This document shows, piece after piece, positions 31,001 to 40,005 of a stretch of 61,117 nucleotides of DNA; the first letter of the stretch is position 1, and each line of letters opens with the position of its first letter. The stretch comes from Armatimonadota bacterium (GTDB lineage: Bacteria; Armatimonadota; UBA5829). The translations under genes were made by a program, and so were the position numbers. The DNA lies in NCBI GenBank assembly GCA_012522575.1, contig JAAYKE010000025.1, forward strand, positions 1-61,117. Reading direction: 5' to 3'. The notes under the pieces were generated by a model. That model did no database searches and was not told the DNA's origin. It worked only from the letters and a program-made list of their open reading frames with translations.

Positions 31001-32826
31001 GTAATGTTCGTCGCGGTCACGTTTGTGATCGCAGGCGGTGCAAGTGTGGTAAAGGTGAAGTCCTGAGACGTTGAAGAACCGTTGTCATTGGACGAAAGCA
31101 CCCGGTAGTGATAGGTCACTCCCGGCGTAAGGCCGGTGATTGTCTGTGAGTGTGTCATGACCAGTGCGGTGCTGATGGAAGTCGATGAGCCATAACTTGC
31201 AGTCGGCCCATATTGCACCTGCGAGGTCGCCTCCTGACTTGTTGTCCAGTTGATAGTGGCTGAGGTTCCCGTTATGTTGCTGGCGCCAACCCCGGTTATG
31301 ACCGGAGGCACGACGCCGCCAAGCTGCAGATCGGTCACATACATATTTCCTGTGACTGCGCCGACGGCTACGTTCACGGTCTTGATGGCATCAGGATATC
31401 CCGCACGACTGGCGATCACAGTATAGTTGCCCGGCGACAGATCAATAAATGCGTAGAAGCCGGTTCCGTCGCAGATTTGAGTCCTGTTCGTTGGCCCTGT
31501 CAGCGTAATCGTCGCTCCGTCGGCCCATTTGCCGGTGTCATGGTAGGTGACCGTTCCGCTGATGTGACCCTTGGTGGGATTGGACTTCCAGGTCATCACC
31601 GGAATATCTTCCCAGGTCTGGTTGACTTCGTTTTTCAGCCGAGACCCAAACTGATTGGCCCAGGTGCCGCTGAGGTAGGGCACTCGGTAGGAGTAGCCGA
31701 CATAACCATTCACATAGTTGCCTGCTGGGGAGGCGTTGCGGGTCATTTTGAGTTCCAGAAGTGAATTGTCCAGGGAGTTGAGATAGATTCCCGGCCCGAC
31801 ATACATATGCCGGTTGAACTTGCGGTCCTTCTCGAAGTTCATCCACCTCACGTAGTCGTTAGGCAGAGAGGCATAATTATAATATGTCATAGGCATCGCG
31901 GCGTCCATGATGCCTTCTTCCTGCCATGCATCCCAGTCGCTGTATACATCATAATAAGGTCGAGTGGCCTGGAATGACGCACGGGTAGATGATGTCGGCG
32001 ACGGGTTCCAGGTTACAAATGCGCCGGTCTGCTTGACCCAGGGTTTGACGGATTGGATTTTTGCATATATTTTGCGAACAACTGCTGAAACCTGATCACG
32101 CCTCCACTGCTTCCACTGTTCGTTGGTGGATGCAGGCTGTCCGCTAAGGCCATATTGCGCGTTGTAGCGAGCGACGCTGGTCGGGTTGTAGCCCTGGTTG
32201 TTGGCTGTAAATCTGATATAGTCGTAGTGAATGCCGTCGATGTCGAAGTTGTTGACGATATCCATCGCAACGTCGACGGTGTATTGTGCGGCCAGAGGAT
32301 GGCCAGGGTCGAACGCCTTGTCTCCGACTTCACTTCCGTTGTTATCACGCGACGGCCAATAGTTATCGAGGTTTGTAAGGCTGCCTGTTGGCGTGCCTAC
32401 ATGCTTACCGTAGACCGTTCCGCCGCTGGTGCGAAATGCTACTATCCAGGCATGAACCTCAATACGCTTCTTGCCACCGGTGGTGTCGTGAGCGGCGTTA
32501 ATTACAGCTTGAAGAGCGTTGAATGTCGAAGGGGTTAAGCCTGACATATACGGCTCGCCCATAGAAGATGGATAGCAAGCGTCGCTATTGCGCCTCACCT
32601 GCACAACCACGGCATTACAGTTGGCATCGCGAATCTGCCCGCCCTGCGAAGTGCCTACAGCGCCAAGTAATGTGTTTACCTGTGACTGGTTCAGAATGCC
32701 TGTCCCCCAGGCATCAACCCAGAATGCACGGAACTCGGCTGCCATCACCGATGATCCGAACAACATGACGAGCAATACTGCCACCAGGCCGAGCAGCCCG
32801 CCATTTCTCCATCGTTTGTTAAACAT
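28003..32826 (-). CDS. Large secreted GHL10 glycoside hydrolase (paralogue B)
   Basis: EFRAFWVDAW, IEVHAW, DIDGIHYDYIRF; 5 FN3-like repeats, golvesin-like domain, 2 Ig-like repeats, same C-terminal module; ATG 32826 after GGGAGG SD. Confidence 0.88.
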   Translation of the reverse strand: MFNKRWRNGGLLGLVAVLLVMLFGSSVMAAEFRAFWVDAWGTGILNQSQVNTLLGAVGTSQGGQIRDANCNAVVVQVRRNSDACYPSSMGEPYMSGLTPSTFNALQAVINAAHDTTGGKKRIEVHAWIVAFRTSGGTVYGKHVGTPTGSLTNLDNYWPSRDNNGSEVGDKAFDPGHPLAAQYTVDVAMDIVNNFDIDGIHYDYIRFTANNQGYNPTSVARYNAQYGLSGQPASTNEQWKQWRRDQVSAVVRKIYAKIQSVKPWVKQTGAFVTWNPSPTSSTRASFQATRPYYDVYSDWDAWQEEGIMDAAMPMTYYNYASLPNDYVRWMNFEKDRKFNRHMYVGPGIYLNSLDNSLLELKMTRNASPAGNYVNGYVGYSYRVPYLSGTWANQFGSRLKNEVNQTWEDIPVMTWKSNPTKGHISGTVTYHDTGKWADGATITLTGPTNRTQICDGTGFYAFIDLSPGNYTVIASRAGYPDAIKTVNVAVGAVTGNMYVTDLQLGGVVPPVITGVGASNITGTSATINWTTSQEATSQVQYGPTASYGSSTSISTALVMTHSQTITGLTPGVTYHYRVLSSNDNGSSTSQDFTFTTLAPPAITNVTATNITSDSATITWTTNQSASSKVDYGKTTSYGLSQQNSALVNSHSINLTGLQSGTTYHYKVTSANANGSTTSADFTFATNGSVVISNVQTTNILATSATVTWTTNESSTSQVEYGTSTAYGSSTPKKTAKVMSHSVDITGLSPGTLYHFRVKSENDGGLSISNDYTFTTNTLPVISNVTAGNLTNVAATITWITNQEASTQVEYGATTSYGSSSTLDPANIKSHSASLSGLTPNTLYHYRVKSGNANGMSTSADYTFTTLDKPTISDVQADTTSTTATVTWKTNHPSDSKVKYGLTTAYGGQGVSQTEVTQHTITLTGLTASTTYHYQCISVNAYGTATSVDYTFATKSPVSEYVIDNLDPGWANTGSGSWNVGSVAEVPKIGTDYLYYKGEETATRKCTWTPDLVDPGLYDVYAFYQKGTNRNPDVTYTLHYHGGQIDSPQDQKAAVANQGDWFLIAENKPFVAGTTGYLELTNKSSDSAFVSADAARWVYKAPLDLIPPTVSISQPSVSATNSGPVTFTVNYFDNNGISGITLSDDDVIKVNTGTARGTVTVSGTGNDSRTVTISDIKGSGTLGISIVAGTATDIAGNPAPAAGPSAMFIVDNNPPTVLISAPSADAASVGPITYTLTYDGASSITLASGNVSLDKDGNVDADVAISGSGTTTRTVTLSNITGDGTLGISIAAGTATDVANNSAAAAGPSATFTVDNTVPEMDSVADEKYTTSTTSLKGWWNAVDSGSGIAGYEYAIGTTAGGTQVKDWTSAGEATTDTIGGLNLNLADTYFISARAIDNVGLISDVMTSAGVRVAKEVASIQEAKGLADGDVVALPMLPVSAKFADMFYIAQPNRTSGIRVESEDEVEVGGNVRVLGIVGIAETGERAILDAIVADNAPGTLIAPWLMTGKSIGGSAFNVLTPGITDGVGLNNLGMLVRIAGKVTTINPDGLTLDDGSGLFDCNGASGIKVWTGYSSGGATHAIVTGIVSCETVDGKVYPVILSTSVIDL

Positions 32827-33012
32827 CGTGCCTCCCTTATGCGCCCCATACGGGGCAAACATAAAAAATGTAGTTACATGCGACCTGCCCAGCTACATGC
32901 ATACATGTTCAGATTAACCCCAAACTATTCACATGTCAACTAGCATTTTTACCTGCATGCGGTTGAATGCTGTCCGTCGGAATTGATATACTTGATGAGA
33001 GGTCAGATTATA

Positions 33013-33642
33013 ATGAAACAAGCAGTGTCGTGGGATGGCCCCTGGCAAAAACGCACCAACCGAGGAACGCAGGAGTTTTATCGCATAATCGAGCTGGCAG
33101 AGGACTTCTCGATTCAGCAGACATACCTTGAACCGGGCGCTCTATCGGCGGGTTCCAAGGTGTTTTTGAACGGGACTCAGGCCGGGGAAGCGGAGGTCGG
33201 CAAGCTCGATCGATTCAGAGTGAGCGATTGCGTTCATCCGGGCAGAAATGAGCTTGTCATACAAACCGATTGCGAACCGCCCGCCGAGGGCAAGCTGATA
33301 TCCTACGATAAAGTCTCCATATCCGGCATAAGAATCGACCCGGAAGTGATTGACAACGTTGCCAATACGTGGATCGTAGTGGAGGTTGCAAACCATACCT
33401 GCGTTGAACAGCCTGTTATCGCCTCAATCGTGGTCTCTCAGCGGGAAGCGCGGGAAAAAGTCGAGATAGCGGATATAATATCGCCCTTCGGCGGGGAGAT
33501 AGAGGCCGTAATCCGCATCACGGATCAGTCTATGTGGGAGTTGGATGAATCCGGGGAGCCGCAGCTTTTTGACTGTCTGATCGGTTTGCAGTCGGCAGGA
33601 GAGATCATGGACGTCGCGGCTGTGCGCTTCGATGTTGGCTGA
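33013..33642 (+). CDS. Hypothetical protein resembling the non-catalytic N-terminal (sugar-binding/Ig) domains of GH2 enzymes
   Basis: KVFLNGTQAG...VSDCVHPGRNELVI and a beta-rich C-half; no TIM-barrel domain. Confidence 0.55.
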   Translation: MKQAVSWDGPWQKRTNRGTQEFYRIIELAEDFSIQQTYLEPGALSAGSKVFLNGTQAGEAEVGKLDRFRVSDCVHPGRNELVIQTDCEPPAEGKLISYDKVSISGIRIDPEVIDNVANTWIVVEVANHTCVEQPVIASIVVSQREAREKVEIADIISPFGGEIEAVIRITDQSMWELDESGEPQLFDCLIGLQSAGEIMDVAAVRFDVG

Positions 33643-33697
33643 TTTATCAGAGTTTTATGGCCGACGCAATGGCCGGCCATATATTTTGTCCCACTGG

Positions 33698-36313
33698 CTA
33701 TGGTATTGCCAGTTTTGTTTTCAGTTGACCATCTTGCTCTGAGAATATCGCAAAACGCGCGGTAGTTTTCCCCAGCTTCATATAGATCGGCTTCAAAGCG
33801 CTGATGATCGTGTCTTTTCGACCGGATTTGGTAGTTACAGTGATGATAACCCTGTCCCCATCATCTTGTCGCTCCACCCTGGCGACCCCTTTTTCCCCTA
33901 TGTACGGCTCAATCACGGTGGCGTAGGTCGCCTCTGATCCCTCGTTAGGCTCCAGCAGATACCACAAATTGTTTGGATTGCCGGGCTTGTTGCGAGGCGG
34001 CTGAGTTCGAGCGAGGATAATATCGGACGGAGGGTTGAGCATATCGAACCGCACCCTCAGATCAATCGGCTCTTTGTGTATTTTCCAGGTGTCTACTACA
34101 TTATATGTAATAGCGGTCTGGTCTGCGGGATTCTTATCCCGTCGGACATCATAGAAATACTGATACCCTGTCGCGTTGGCGTATCCATCCTGGGCATATC
34201 CCAGATCGGCGTATAGCTCCACATCCTCCCCTGCAAGGGTGCCCTTTTTCTGATCGACCAGGTTCAGGGATTCGGTCTCGATTTCGCCTTCCGGCCCATG
34301 CAGGCTGTATAGATGCTCCGAGCCGCCCTTAACGCGGAAGATATCTACCACATAAAACCCGTCGGAATCGTCGAGATCCACCATAGAGATCGTGCGCTGG
34401 TAGAGTGAGCATTGAGGATACGGCATTCCTGCGTAGACCTCCGCCGCCGATGCTCCATCCCCATCGGCCACGAAATTGGCTTTGCCTACCCGGTTTCTTT
34501 CCTGCCTTTTGCGGTCTACCACAACGGTATTATGGGTGATGGTATGATCAGTCGACTCGGAACGATGCGCCCAGTGCGTGGCAAATTCCGGATATCCGTG
34601 GTCCGGCAGCAGGGATAGTCCATACCCAAAGAGTTCGATGTTGAGGGTATCCCTGTGTCCGTGGCCGACATTGCGCCCGTAATACAGGGACAATGCGCGG
34701 GCGTTCTTGCCGCTGCCCTGTCGCAGAATCGCGCAGCCATAGCTTGGCATATCGTCCGTCCTGGGAACCCACGGCCCGTGCTTCTTTATTACTGCCTCGA
34801 TTTCCTTGGATAGTGCGTTCGGGTCTGATTCAAAGACGCCGCCGTGCATATCGGCCTTGTTTCCGTTAATCAGATAAGCCATCTGTGCGAAGAACGGGTC
34901 TTTGAACGTCTTGAACGCATACACCGTATCGGACAAGCTGACTCCGGACAGTCCCGGGGACCCGGTCGAACCTGTGTCGCCGATATCGGGCACGAATTTG
35001 TCGATGCATATCAGCCTGAGCGGAGCTTCGAACATCTTCTTGAATTTCGGGTAGCTTACGAACGAATTGCGCGTATACTTTCCGTAGATTTGCAGGGCTT
35101 CAGAGATGGTTCTGAACTTCACGCGCCAGATGGCATTATATCCCGGAGACGCCTCGTTGCCCATGCCGTCATCGTCTACGATCTCCGTGAACAGACGAGT
35201 CATATTGCCGCCCTCTATGCCGACCCCGCGAACTCCATCGGCAAACAGCCAGTCCAGCCACTGGTCAGTAAACCTGGGATCGTCCAATACAATAGCGGCA
35301 AGTGTCATGGAATACTGGTGCATTCCCTCGTTGCCGGATATGTTAGCTGAGATAATCTCGTCGTGAACCTCATGTAGAATGTTCTTTTCGCACAGCGCGC
35401 GCATATCCGCCGCCGTCACCTCTTTGCCGGCGAGCTTTGATACGTCGGCGAGCAACGTCGGATCATCCAGAGCAGGGTATATCGAATCATAGGCAAGGCA
35501 GAGCTTGTCCGCAACTCCCGTCTCCCATATACAGCCAAACACTTTCCCGCGTTTCGTGCCGCCGTCGCTGTTGTAAAAACCCTGTTCCGCCCAGATATTG
35601 AGGTCCATATCAGGATAGAAATCGGCGATCCGGTAGAGCATCACCGCAGCTTTGCGCGCGTATTTCAAGTCACCTGTATACAACCAGGCAGTATGCAGCA
35701 TCCCAAGCACGCTCAGCGACACTGTCCAACTCCCGTAGTGCCCATAGTAGCCGATCATTCGATAGACGTTGCCATCGGCGTCTTTCCAGCCAAATGTGTC
35801 ATCGACCGCGTAGGTATGCAGCGGGTCCGTCGGGTCGGGGTGATCTGCATTAAACAGCAGCGATTTGTCCGCTTTTTCGTAGCAAAATATCCCGTTTTCA
35901 TCCTTGCCGCTGTCGTAGAATTTCTTGAAGTCGTTTTTAGGAAATAGCTCTCCGCAGCTTGGGCACTCGATCTTCCAGGGCTTTGCAAGTAGGTCGATCT
36001 TCCACGGGTAGTTGCCGAACTTTTTGACATCGTTGCCGCAGTTAGGGCAGCCGTGGGTCAGGCTGACATCAATTCCGCGCGGAATCGACTGCGGCGTGAT
36101 CATATCCCACAAATAATCATCTGACAAATTTGCATATACATCGGCTTGTTCGACCAACTTCTTGCTGGCCGCGGCAGCCCAATCGTAACGCTGGATATTT
36201 CGTCGGGCGTTTGCCACCCGTTCGGACGTATAGTAAGTTGAGCATGTTTTTGCTGATGCCGAGGTGGCAATCAGAAGAGTGGCAAGGGAAGCGAAAATAA
36301 TCTGTGTTGTCAA
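33698..36313 (-). CDS. Heparinase II/III-family polysaccharide lyase-like protein, exported
   Basis: GNEGMHQ, EASPGYN, PDIGD, GHGHRDTLNIEL and THNTVVVD; N-terminal CPNC...CPSC; TTG start with GGAGG SD. Confidence 0.85.
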   Translation of the reverse strand: MTTQIIFASLATLLIATSASAKTCSTYYTSERVANARRNIQRYDWAAAASKKLVEQADVYANLSDDYLWDMITPQSIPRGIDVSLTHGCPNCGNDVKKFGNYPWKIDLLAKPWKIECPSCGELFPKNDFKKFYDSGKDENGIFCYEKADKSLLFNADHPDPTDPLHTYAVDDTFGWKDADGNVYRMIGYYGHYGSWTVSLSVLGMLHTAWLYTGDLKYARKAAVMLYRIADFYPDMDLNIWAEQGFYNSDGGTKRGKVFGCIWETGVADKLCLAYDSIYPALDDPTLLADVSKLAGKEVTAADMRALCEKNILHEVHDEIISANISGNEGMHQYSMTLAAIVLDDPRFTDQWLDWLFADGVRGVGIEGGNMTRLFTEIVDDDGMGNEASPGYNAIWRVKFRTISEALQIYGKYTRNSFVSYPKFKKMFEAPLRLICIDKFVPDIGDTGSTGSPGLSGVSLSDTVYAFKTFKDPFFAQMAYLINGNKADMHGGVFESDPNALSKEIEAVIKKHGPWVPRTDDMPSYGCAILRQGSGKNARALSLYYGRNVGHGHRDTLNIELFGYGLSLLPDHGYPEFATHWAHRSESTDHTITHNTVVVDRKRQERNRVGKANFVADGDGASAAEVYAGMPYPQCSLYQRTISMVDLDDSDGFYVVDIFRVKGGSEHLYSLHGPEGEIETESLNLVDQKKGTLAGEDVELYADLGYAQDGYANATGYQYFYDVRRDKNPADQTAITYNVVDTWKIHKEPIDLRVRFDMLNPPSDIILARTQPPRNKPGNPNNLWYLLEPNEGSEATYATVIEPYIGEKGVARVERQDDGDRVIITVTTKSGRKDTIISALKPIYMKLGKTTARFAIFSEQDGQLKTKLAIP

Positions 36314-36470
36314 AAAAGGACCTCCTTCGGAAACAGAAATCCGAATCGAGTATCGAAATTGCACCATCAAGAGCTTATTAGGCTAACCGGCAGCTTCATC
36401 CTCTAATATATTTGTAACAGTTATTATTACGCAAAGTGTGAGCAAATGGTCTCCGTGTCTGTGTCCGGCT

Positions 36471-36497
36471 GGTTTGAAATAGTATAATTTAGGGTAG
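36471..36497 (+). promoter_or_regulatory. SigB/SigF-like promoter upstream of bfr
   Basis: GGTTT-N16-GGGTAG; a TATAAT lies inside the spacer. Confidence 0.5.
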
Positions 36498-36572
36498 AGG
36501 CGATTGTCACTATTCCGGATGACTATATCTGGATGTGACCTATGCCGAATGCGATATTCTGGGAGGTTAGAG

Positions 36573-37040
36573 ATGAAGGGCAACGAAAAGATCATCGAGC
36601 AACTCAACAAACTGCTTGCAGAGGAATTGACGGCTATTAACCAGTATTTCGTTCATGCCGAGCTTTGCGAAGACTGGGGCTATGAGCCTCTGCACGAGGC
36701 AACCAAGAAGCGATCCATCTCTGAAATGAAACACGCGGAAACCCTTATCGAGAGAATTATCTTTCTCGAAGGCAAACCCATCGTCAGCAAGCTAAACGAA
36801 ATCCGCATCGGATCGGAAATACCTGAGATGTATCGTAACGATCTTGGGATGGAGTGCGGCGCGGTCAAAGACTACAACGAAGCGATAAAACTGGCCGCCG
36901 AGCTGGGAGACAATAACACCAAACGCATCCTGGAAGCTATTCTAAAAGACGAAGAAGAGCATATCGATGATCTGGAAGCCCAACTCGACCAGATAGAGCA
37001 GATGGGCATAGCAAACTACCTGGCTCATCAGATCAGGTAG
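36573..37040 (+). CDS. bfr: Bacterioferritin
   Basis: MKG start, ELTAINQYFVH, EMKHAE (haem Met), ERIIFLEGKP and DEEEHID. Confidence 0.96.
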   Translation: MKGNEKIIEQLNKLLAEELTAINQYFVHAELCEDWGYEPLHEATKKRSISEMKHAETLIERIIFLEGKPIVSKLNEIRIGSEIPEMYRNDLGMECGAVKDYNEAIKLAAELGDNNTKRILEAILKDEEEHIDDLEAQLDQIEQMGIANYLAHQIR

Positions 37041-37205
37041 CGGATTGGGTTAGCAACAGGCGACTTCGAACATAAGCGCAGTAGCCTACCTCTTTCTCGG
37101 ATTGCTCGGAAACAAGATGACATAGGAACGATGGCGGGGTGGCTCGGACATCACCCCGCCCGATCATCAATCCAAGCCTGCCGGGTAGCATTCGGCGCTG
37201 TTTGG

Positions 37206-38438
37206 CTAACGCACGCGTCTTAAGCTCCACTGCCAGACCCGCGACCACGCTGCCCTGTTGATCCGATCAATCTCCCGTTGATCTGTGATGGAATCCAGTT
37301 TATCCAACAACGCCTGTTTTTCTGCATTTGCAGCAGAAGGAATGTTTGCCAGTTGAACCTGTCTCCATCGAGAATAATAGACAGATTCCTGCTCACGGGA
37401 CAAATTATTGACTTCGCCGGCCAGTTTTTTCCACGGGCCGGGAGCATACGCCAGGTTGACCCCTGCGGCTAGTTCGTCCGCATCATACGTGCCTGCGTTG
37501 AAATCTCCCAATCTGCCGCCCGTGACGGTCAATTTCCACTTGCCTGCTGCAAGGCCGGTCACTTTGAATAAATAGTTGTTGATCTCATTGAATGCGGTAA
37601 AGTATTTTACTGCCGCTATCGCGCTGTCATCGAGATAGATCGGCAGGGCGGCGTCTTCGCGAGTGAAATATACCGAATCTACTCCGACCCGCAGCTTTGA
37701 GATGCGGCATCGCTGCGCGTTGACTTTGTTCGATTTTACATCAATCGTAAGCTGAGACGCCTGAGACTCGCAGCCAAGGGCCTTGATCAACCCATAGGCC
37801 ATCACCATGTGGCCATTTGGCTGCGGATGCACTCCATCGTTCATCATCACAAACTCCGAATCTGCGGTCTTCGCGGCGTCGAGTGTCCGCAGCATTGGAT
37901 CGTGGATGTTATAGCACGCTATGTTGCGCTGCTTTGCAAACTCACACAACTGAGCGGCGAACTTTCCGAGAGTGTCGTTGTAACCCTTCAACCTTGCCGC
38001 TTTGCTTTCATCTACGCAGCCGGCGGTGAGCAGCACTACTTTGATCCGCTTTTCCTGCAGCGTATCGACAAGTTCGGTGATCGCGTTAATATAACGGTCG
38101 TATATTTTCTGGTCGTATGCTGTGACCCCTGCATCGTTCATTCCGTAGCAGATGCTGACCAGATTCGGTTTGAGGTCGAGGACATCGCGCTGCAGTCGTC
38201 TATTGCCGCCAACTGCGGTATCGCTAACCCATCCCGCGTTGCGAAAGACTATCTTTACGCCCGGATTGCGGAGCGCGAAATAGTTCATAACATATCTTGT
38301 GTAGACTCTCTGCTCGGTGATGCTGTCACCAAAAAACACCATCGTATCCCCGGATTTGAGCAGGCAATCCGCATTCGCTCCCAGGCTGACCGCAAGCAAG
38401 GCGGATACAGCAGCGATTTTCGCAAACCAGTTTAACAT
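37206..38438 (-). CDS. SGNH/GDSL hydrolase, exported
   Basis: SGNH blocks FFGDSIT, NAGW, YGMND and DGVHP. Confidence 0.9.
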   Translation of the reverse strand: MLNWFAKIAAVSALLAVSLGANADCLLKSGDTMVFFGDSITEQRVYTRYVMNYFALRNPGVKIVFRNAGWVSDTAVGGNRRLQRDVLDLKPNLVSICYGMNDAGVTAYDQKIYDRYINAITELVDTLQEKRIKVVLLTAGCVDESKAARLKGYNDTLGKFAAQLCEFAKQRNIACYNIHDPMLRTLDAAKTADSEFVMMNDGVHPQPNGHMVMAYGLIKALGCESQASQLTIDVKSNKVNAQRCRISKLRVGVDSVYFTREDAALPIYLDDSAIAAVKYFTAFNEINNYLFKVTGLAAGKWKLTVTGGRLGDFNAGTYDADELAAGVNLAYAPGPWKKLAGEVNNLSREQESVYYSRWRQVQLANIPSAANAEKQALLDKLDSITDQREIDRINRAAWSRVWQWSLRRVR

Positions 38439-38675
38439 TATCTTCCTCCCGACAAATATACCCGCAAGCGCGCATATTCAGATGTGCTACCGTTAGCAAT
38501 AAGCTCGATCGCATCTGGCCGACTCATCGATATAGAGCCTTGATCTATACAACTTTCAACCAATAATTCTCCCCTGAGGCCGGGCATCCCTTTGTCTTTG
38601 TGCAAATGGGAGATAATGGCCGAATGCGTGAGCGGAAATTTGCATCGTGAGGCGTGCTTGAAATCGCCTTTTTGC

Positions 38676-38705
38676 TTGACAATAAACGCGGCTGCGTGGT
38701 AGATT
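38676..38705 (+). promoter_or_regulatory. Sigma70 promoter of tRNA-Gln
   Basis: TTGACA-N18-TAGATT with an extended TG, 12 nt upstream of the tRNA. Confidence 0.7.
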
Positions 38706-38717
38706 TATTTCATACGC

Positions 38718-38793
38718 TGCCGACTAGCTCAACTGGCAGAGCGTCTGACTCTGGATCAGAAGGTTCTAGGTTCAAGCCCTAGGTCGGCAGCCA
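38718..38793 (+). tRNA. tRNA-Gln (anticodon CTG)
   Basis: Acceptor stem TGCCGAC/GTCGGCA, G73, encoded CCA; D arm GCTC/GAGC; anticodon arm TCTGA-CTCTGGA-TCAGA; T arm CTAGG-TTCAAGC-CCTAG. Confidence 0.97.
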
Positions 38794-39003
38794 AATGTTA
38801 TCCTCCAATGTTTGACATCCATCCCGCCTACGAGTTTGCGCATACCGCATGCGGTGTATTGGGTAGAAAGCCGCTCAGCATTTTGATATAATCACCACAT
38901 CGGCAGGTGGGCAAGCAAGTGCTGGGCTTTATTGCGCTCTAAGCCCGCCAGATTCCAGCCTGAAATCAAATGATTGGCAAAATAGCCAGAGAGGGGTATC
39001 GCC

Positions 39004-39933
39004 ATGTCAAAACTGACTTTTTTGCAGCTTGCTCAGAAAGTCCTCGCAGAAGAGAATCGGGCGATGTCGCCGCAAGATATATGGGATACAGCGGTGATGA
39101 AAGGTTACGATAAACTACTTGGGTCTCAAGGCAAGACACCCTGGAACTCTCTCGGAGCGAGGCTCTACGTGGATGTTCGAGATAACCCAGACAGTGCATT
39201 TGCCGTTACGAACTCGAGGCCGAAAAGCTTTTATTTGAAAGATGCAGGCATAGATAATACTATTACTACTATACCTGTTACGGTGTCACACTCAAAGCCG
39301 AGTTACTTAGAAAAGGATTTGCACCCGTTCCTGGTCTACTACGGGCACAACTACCTGAAGGCTCACATTAAAACCATTGCTGCCCAGCGCTCAGAAAAGA
39401 AGGAGTTCGGAGAGTGGGTTCACCCTGACGCAGTGGGGTGTTATTTCTCATTTCAAGATTGGGCAGATGAAGTTGTGGAAGTAAGCTCGGTTTTCGGGCA
39501 CTCCTCTATACGAATTTTTTCATTTGAACTTAAGCGCGACCTCAATTTCTCAAACCTCAGAGAAGCTTTTTTTCAAGCAGTGTCGAATTCATCCTGGGCC
39601 AATGAAGGTTATCTGGTTGCAGCAAATATAGATAGAAATGATGATTTTCGGGCCGAACTCAAGCGACTGTCAGCAGCGTTTGGCATAGGAGTCATTGATC
39701 TGGACATCGCAGACCCCGATGCCACAGAGATTATTCTGCCGGCCCTGTCTAAAGACTATTTGGATTGGGTGACTGTGAATAAGCTGACCATGAACCCCGA
39801 TTTTCGAGAGTTCCTGAGAAGAGTCAAAAACGATATCTCTACTCGTGAGTTACGCAAAGAAGGCTACGACGAGGTAAAGAGTCGGGATGATTTGCTGATG
39901 GCTTACGAAAAGCTGGTATCAATACCTAAGTAG
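39004..39933 (+). CDS. HARE-HTH + PD-(D/E)xK nuclease-like protein (HrgA/COG2958-like)
   Basis: N-terminal TFLQLAQKVL...GKTPWNSLGARLY; C-terminal EKDLHP, WVHPDAVG, FSFELK and FFQAVSNSSWANEGYLV. Confidence 0.82.
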   Translation: MSKLTFLQLAQKVLAEENRAMSPQDIWDTAVMKGYDKLLGSQGKTPWNSLGARLYVDVRDNPDSAFAVTNSRPKSFYLKDAGIDNTITTIPVTVSHSKPSYLEKDLHPFLVYYGHNYLKAHIKTIAAQRSEKKEFGEWVHPDAVGCYFSFQDWADEVVEVSSVFGHSSIRIFSFELKRDLNFSNLREAFFQAVSNSSWANEGYLVAANIDRNDDFRAELKRLSAAFGIGVIDLDIADPDATEIILPALSKDYLDWVTVNKLTMNPDFREFLRRVKNDISTRELRKEGYDEVKSRDDLLMAYEKLVSIPK

Positions 39934-40005
39934 AATGGCAAACAAAGTCGACTATGATAGTCGCAGCTCTTAGTTTTTGAGTGAGGGCGCGTATTGCTAC
40001 GCACT

